Shown one piece after another: positions 16,557-20,000 of a DNA stretch of 20,000 bases. The stretch is from IMG/VR virus record IMGVR_UViG_3300021431_000014. One strand, given 5' to 3'. The stretch comes from an uncultured virus (IMG/VR IMGVR_UViG_3300021431_000014). Its lineage: Duplodnaviria > Heunggongvirae > Uroviricota > Caudoviricetes. Under the pieces are notes generated by a model. That model saw only the letters and a program-made list of their open reading frames with translations. It had not been told where the DNA came from and ran no database searches. Positions within the stretch are counted from its first letter, which is position 1. The number at the start of each line of letters is the position of its first letter. The position numbers and the translations under genes are program-made.

Positions 16557-16991
16557 ATGGCATACAATAACGGATTTCCTATGACATATCAACAGATGTA
16601 TCCGCAATATGTTGCTTCGTCATTTCAGCCGCAAATGACACAACAGCAACCTCAAATGATGCAACAACCTGTTAGTGATAACGGCATTTTATGGGTACAG
16701 GGTGAAGCAGGAGCAAAGTCATGGGCAGTAGCTCCCGGTAAAAGTGTAATGCTTATGGATAGTGAGTCAAATACTTTTTACATTAAATCATCTGACCAAA
16801 GCGGTATGCCGATGCCGTTAAGAATATTTGATTATACAGAAAGAAACTCCCAACAGCCAACACAACCTCAAGTAGTACAACATCAAGAAATTGATACATC
16901 ACAGTTTGTTACATGGGATGCATTGGATGAAAGATTAAATGAGATGCTTGCAGTTAAAAAAGAGCATAGAAGGGAGAAAATAGATGGCTAG
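16557..16991 (+). CDS. Hypothetical protein with Gln/Pro/Met-rich low-complexity arms and a small beta-rich core
   Basis: 144 aa, RBS AAAGGAG; core 'ILWVQGEAGAKSWAVAPGKSVMLMDSESNTFYIKSSDQSGMP'. Confidence 0.85.
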   Translation: MAYNNGFPMTYQQMYPQYVASSFQPQMTQQQPQMMQQPVSDNGILWVQGEAGAKSWAVAPGKSVMLMDSESNTFYIKSSDQSGMPMPLRIFDYTERNSQQPTQPQVVQHQEIDTSQFVTWDALDERLNEMLAVKKEHRREKIDG

Positions 16992-17214
16992 TTCAGTATT
17001 TAATTCATTGGGAAATAAATCTCCAAAACTACCCGGACCGTTCGGAAATATGCAGGAAATGATGAGTAAACTAAATCAGTTTAAACAATCTTTTCAAGGT
17101 GACCCGAAACAGCAGGTTCAACAGCTTCTTAATTCCGGGCGTATGTCACAAGAACAATATAATAGGCTTTCTCAAATGGCAACACAAATTCAAAATATGC
17201 TTACTAAACAGTGA
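16984..17214 (+). CDS. Small Gln/Met-rich helical hypothetical protein
   Basis: 76 aa, 8 nt overlap with the previous gene, RBS AAGGGAG; 'GDPKQQVQQLLNSGRMSQEQYNRL'. Confidence 0.85.
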   Translation: MASSVFNSLGNKSPKLPGPFGNMQEMMSKLNQFKQSFQGDPKQQVQQLLNSGRMSQEQYNRLSQMATQIQNMLTKQ

Positions 17215-17241
17215 TACATAAATCTGGCCGGATTTTAGTAT
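17214..17241. promoter_or_regulatory. Intergenic dyad / stem-loop upstream of the 308 aa gene
   Basis: ATAC-AT-AAATCT-GGCC-GGATTT-TA-GTAT imperfect inverted repeat in the only sizeable intergenic gap inside the cassette. Confidence 0.45.
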
Positions 17242-17270
17242 AAATAACTTTACGAAAGGAGTTAAAGACA

Positions 17271-18197
17271 ATGGCTTTAACAGAAGAGAACGGAGGTAAC
17301 GGTATGATTATGCCAGTAGCACCTATGTACGGTGGCGGCGGTTCCGGCTTTGGCGGCTGGGGCGGTGACGGCGGATGGTGGATTATTCTGCTTTTCCTGT
17401 TCGCTCTTGGCGGCGGCTGGGGTAACGGCTTCGGTGGTGGCATGGGAGGCTTTGCGGCTGACGGTGCAGTTATTTATCCTTGGATGAACCAGTCGAATCA
17501 GATTAATGAAGGTTTCCGTGACCAGATGATTAACGATAATGTTACATCTATTAGGGACGGAGTTACCGGAATTGCAACACAGCTTTGCAACGGGTTTGGT
17601 GATGTACAGCAGTCCTTATGCAATGGTTTCGCAGGAGTTAATGCAACAGTTAATGCTGGATTTGCTAACGCAGAAACGGCTAACAATGCTCGTCAGATGG
17701 CGAACATGCAACAGGCGTTCGCTATGCAAACTGCTATGGGACAGGGATTTAATCAACTTGGCACTCAGTTTGCCGATTGTTGCTGTGAAAACAGACTTGG
17801 TTTAGCAGACCTTAAATATACTGTGGCTACAGAGAACTGTGCCGACAGAACCCAGTCTATGCAGAACACGAGGGACATTATTGATAGTCAGTCTCGCGGT
17901 ACCCAGGCGATTCTGGATAAATTATGTCAGCTTGAACTGGATGGTGTCAAGGCTCAGGTTGAAGCAAAGAATGATAGAATTTCTGAGCTTCAGACTCAGC
18001 TTAACATGGCTAATCTGGCTGCTTCGCAGACCGCTCAGAACGCTCTTATTCAGAACGGTTTTGCAAACGAGGTTGATGCTCTGTATAACAGACTCAATAG
18101 TTGTCCGGTTCCCACTACTCCTGTTTACGGAAGGACTCCTATCTTTACTTGCCCGCAGAATCAGACTTCTTGCGGATGCGGTTGCGGTAGCTTCTAA
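17271..18197 (+). CDS. Hypothetical protein: Gly/Trp-rich N-terminus around a hydrophobic segment, Asn/Gln/Ala-rich coiled coil, Cys clusters
   Basis: 308 aa, RBS GAAAGGAG; 'GGWGGDGGWWIILLFLFALGGGWGNGFGGG', 'DCCCENR', heptad stretch 'LDKLCQLELDGVKAQVEAKNDRISELQTQL', C-terminal 'SCGCGCGSF'. Confidence 0.9.
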   Translation: MALTEENGGNGMIMPVAPMYGGGGSGFGGWGGDGGWWIILLFLFALGGGWGNGFGGGMGGFAADGAVIYPWMNQSNQINEGFRDQMINDNVTSIRDGVTGIATQLCNGFGDVQQSLCNGFAGVNATVNAGFANAETANNARQMANMQQAFAMQTAMGQGFNQLGTQFADCCCENRLGLADLKYTVATENCADRTQSMQNTRDIIDSQSRGTQAILDKLCQLELDGVKAQVEAKNDRISELQTQLNMANLAASQTAQNALIQNGFANEVDALYNRLNSCPVPTTPVYGRTPIFTCPQNQTSCGCGCGSF

Positions 18198-18208
18198 GGA
18201 GGTGCGAT

Positions 18209-18664
18209 ATGGCGGCAGAATATTTAGCAAATCCTATTCAAGAAGTAGCACTTAATGCTCCTATCTTGTTTAATGCTTCTATTCCTTGTAATCGTGGTTA
18301 TATTTATCACGAAGACGAAACAGGAATTTTTATTCTCCGTGGTATCACTAACGGACAGTGCTTTGCTACTTATCAAGTGACCTTCAACGGGAATATTGCT
18401 ATTCCCGAAGAGGGCACTGTCACACCAATCGCAGTGGCAATAACTGTAAACGGTGAACCTAGAGTAACGAGTAGAGCAATATTTACACCTGCGGCTGTTG
18501 ATGAATACGGTAATGTAACAAGTACCGCAATCATTAAAGTGCTGAAAGGTTGTTGCTTCTCCATTGCAGTGGAACATGTTGCGGCTACTACAGACCCGAC
18601 AGTAACCACGGCACCGATTATCAATGTCCAGAACGCAAATCTGGTCATTAATAGAATAGCGTAA
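18209..18664 (+). CDS. All-beta hypothetical protein, BclA C-terminal / C1q-TNF jelly-roll-like
   Basis: 151 aa, RBS TAAGGAGGT; alternating beta strands 'GIFILRG', 'YQVTFNGNI', 'IAVAITVNGEP', 'NVTSTAIIKV', and terminal 'NANLVINRIA' resembling the BclA-CTD ending (ASxxIxKxA). Confidence 0.6.
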   Translation: MAAEYLANPIQEVALNAPILFNASIPCNRGYIYHEDETGIFILRGITNGQCFATYQVTFNGNIAIPEEGTVTPIAVAITVNGEPRVTSRAIFTPAAVDEYGNVTSTAIIKVLKGCCFSIAVEHVAATTDPTVTTAPIINVQNANLVINRIA

Positions 18665-18680
18665 GAAAGGAGGTATAGTC

Positions 18681-19397
18681 ATGGATAAACATTATGAAGC
18701 AGTCAAAGAAATTCTTGAAGACCAGATTAAAAAGATTGTTAAGAAAGGTGACATATCTCCGCAGGAACTTGATAATCTGTATAAAGCATCTGCCATTTGC
18801 CTTGACTTTGAGACAAAGGACGCTATGAAGAAAGCTGAAGAACAGCAGAAACAGGGCGGTCAGTCTATGAACAGCTACAATATGAATAACCGTAGAGGTG
18901 CTTATAATATGGACGGTGGTAATTCCAATCATTACCCGTGGTTTATGTATGCCGGTGACGGTACGTATGATTTCGGTAATAGAGGAAATTCTTACGGTCC
19001 TGTTTGGAATCAAGAAATGGAGAATAAATCTTTGCACGAAGTACATTCGCAGGATTCTATGCGTTCCACTAGAAGGGGCGTAGACGGAACCGGCAGAGAT
19101 AATTCTTATAATCGTTCTTATGAAGGTGCTTACGACGGAGCATATGACGGTGCTTATGACGGAAGTTACGAAGGTAGTTATGACGGCTCGTATGACGCTA
19201 ACGATAATTCCTATCGTAGAGGTCGTGACCAGAGAACAGGTAGATATGTAAGTCGTGATAACAATAACAGAGGTTATAGTCGTGCAATGGACAAACAGCG
19301 CATGATAGGTAAACTCGAAGACATGATGGATGATGCTCCGTCTGAAAAAGAACGGCGCACATTACAGCAGTGTGTTGACAAACTGGAAAGACAGTAA
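18681..19397 (+). CDS. Hypothetical protein with helical ends and a Tyr/Gly/Asp/Arg/Asn low-complexity centre
   Basis: 238 aa, RBS AAAGGAGGT; (Y-D/E-G-A/S)n repeat followed by 'RRGRDQRTGRYVSRD'. Confidence 0.88.
   Translation: MDKHYEAVKEILEDQIKKIVKKGDISPQELDNLYKASAICLDFETKDAMKKAEEQQKQGGQSMNSYNMNNRRGAYNMDGGNSNHYPWFMYAGDGTYDFGNRGNSYGPVWNQEMENKSLHEVHSQDSMRSTRRGVDGTGRDNSYNRSYEGAYDGAYDGAYDGSYEGSYDGSYDANDNSYRRGRDQRTGRYVSRDNNNRGYSRAMDKQRMIGKLEDMMDDAPSEKERRTLQQCVDKLERQ
19119..19202 (+). repeat. 12 bp in-frame tandem repeat x7 (YEGA YDGA YDGA YDGS YEGS YDGS YDAN)
   Basis: tatgaaggtgct tacgacggagca tatgacggtgct tatgacggaagt tacgaaggtagt tatgacggctcg tatgacgctaac. Confidence 0.92.
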
Positions 19398-19402
19398 TTT
19401 AT

Positions 19403-19430
19403 AGGGAGGGTTATTGCCCTCCCTTATTTA
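19403..19430 (+). terminator. GC-rich hairpin, probable (leaky) intrinsic terminator
   Basis: AGGGAGGGT-TATT-GCCCTCCCT followed by TATTTA, 5 nt after the stop at 19397. Confidence 0.7.
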
Positions 19431-19454
19431 AGTATATAAATAAGGAGGTAAATC

Positions 19455-19802
19455 ATGGATATAAACACAATAAACAATTTAATAAAGGACACAGAAAACA
19501 GTGAAACGACCTTATCTAATATACGAAACTTATCAGCCTTGTACAATGTGAGAAACATACTACTTAATAATAAAGAAGAAACACGAACAGAAACAGAATT
19601 AAAAGATATTTTACCTTCTTATTTAGGATACATAAACATAAAACGAAAATATCAACTGCATAAAACGACAAACGACAATGTAATCATAGCTATGAAAGCC
19701 CTATGTACCGAGATAAAAGAATTTATACAAACGCTATACAGTTCAACAGATACACCTCAAGAGCGAGATATAATAAAAGAGATGATAAAAGAGATGCCGT
19801 AA
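19455..19802 (+). CDS. Helical hypothetical protein (115 aa)
   Basis: RBS TAAGGAGGT; AT-rich ORF; 'IRNLSALYNVRN' and 'LCTEIKEFIQTLYSSTDTPQERDIIK'. Confidence 0.85.
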   Translation: MDINTINNLIKDTENSETTLSNIRNLSALYNVRNILLNNKEETRTETELKDILPSYLGYINIKRKYQLHKTTNDNVIIAMKALCTEIKEFIQTLYSSTDTPQERDIIKEMIKEMP

Positions 19803-19821
19803 GGTATCTCTTATTTTTTTT
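19789..19821 (+). terminator. Intrinsic terminator overlapping the stop codon
   Basis: AAGAGATGCC-GTAA-GGTATCTCTT (GNRA loop containing the TAA stop) followed by A and T8. Confidence 0.85.
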
Positions 19822-19832
19822 CAAAAAAAGTG

Positions 19833-19861
19833 TTGACATATATATAAAGATGTAGTATAAT
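19833..19861 (+). promoter_or_regulatory. Consensus sigma-A/sigma-70 promoter
   Basis: TTGACA (19833-19838), 17 nt spacer, TATAAT (19856-19861), with T8/A7 tracts upstream (UP-element-like). Confidence 0.92.
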
Positions 19862-19891
19862 GTTCTTAGTAAGATACGAAAGGGGATAAAT

Positions 19892-20000
19892 ATGAAGCGA
19901 CAGAATTTATGGACGATTGCTGATTGCACCAGAATCATCAAAGAAAATAAGGATAACACAAATTACTTTAATCGTAGTATAACACAGGATGATATGTGGG
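19892..20000 (+). CDS. 5' part of a hypothetical protein (runs off the window)
   Basis: RBS GAAAGGGGA, ATG 19892, open to the end: MKRQNLWTIADCTRIIKENKDNTNYFNRSITQDDMW; directly downstream of the consensus promoter; absent from the ORF track. Confidence 0.7.
   Translation, partial: MKRQNLWTIADCTRIIKENKDNTNYFNRSITQDDMW

Noticed and set aside
17204..19083. Numerous overlapping ORFs on both strands within the cassette (e.g. 17839-18255 +, 18224-18682 -, 18648-19046 -)
   Set aside because: Shadows of biased codon usage in the RBS-supported genes; no independent initiation signals.
19119..19202. 12 bp repeats as a CRISPR array or DNA-level repeat element
   Set aside because: No spacers; units are in frame and vary at synonymous positions, so this is a protein repeat.
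19723..19959. 78 aa minus-strand hydrophobic ORF
   Set aside because: Spans a terminator and a perfect + strand promoter; its hydrophobicity reflects AT-rich sequence, and the + strand ORF at 19892 has the RBS.
15372..20000. DGR template repeat, reverse transcriptase, or endolysin downstream of the adhesin
   Set aside because: No AAC-rich near-copy of 15252-15371, no RT motifs (YxDD in an RT context), and no recognisable amidase, glycosidase or CHAP-with-binding-domain gene seen.

Overview
All credible genes lie on the + strand of what looks like a long-tailed (siphovirus-type) phage or prophage of a low-GC Firmicute; the host assignment rests on strong AGGAGG ribosome-binding sites and sigma-A-like promoters. 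Positions 1-15371 are the tail module: a Gp15-type chaperone, tape measure protein, distal-tail protein, Tal/tail-spike and a small accessory protein. These are followed by a very large fibre/adhesin encoded as two coupled ORFs, where the break falls inside a CotH-like kinase domain and the C-terminus carries two DUF6273-like (WWLRS...GFC) domains typical of DGR targets. No endolysin follows. Instead, a separately promoted pair (holin/XhlA-like membrane protein and a stand-alone LuxR/GerE-type HTH) precedes a tightly coupled cassette of about 8 uncharacterised genes (16068-19802). The cassette encodes a putative Cys-His-Asp peptidase, Gln-rich proteins, a Gly-rich/TM/coiled-coil/Cys-cluster protein, a BclA-CTD-like beta protein and a Tyr-Asp-Gly repeat protein; it is the best candidate for an undescribed system. 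A terminator and a perfect TTGACA-17-TATAAT promoter start a new unit at the right edge. All family assignments are from motif recognition by eye, not from searches.
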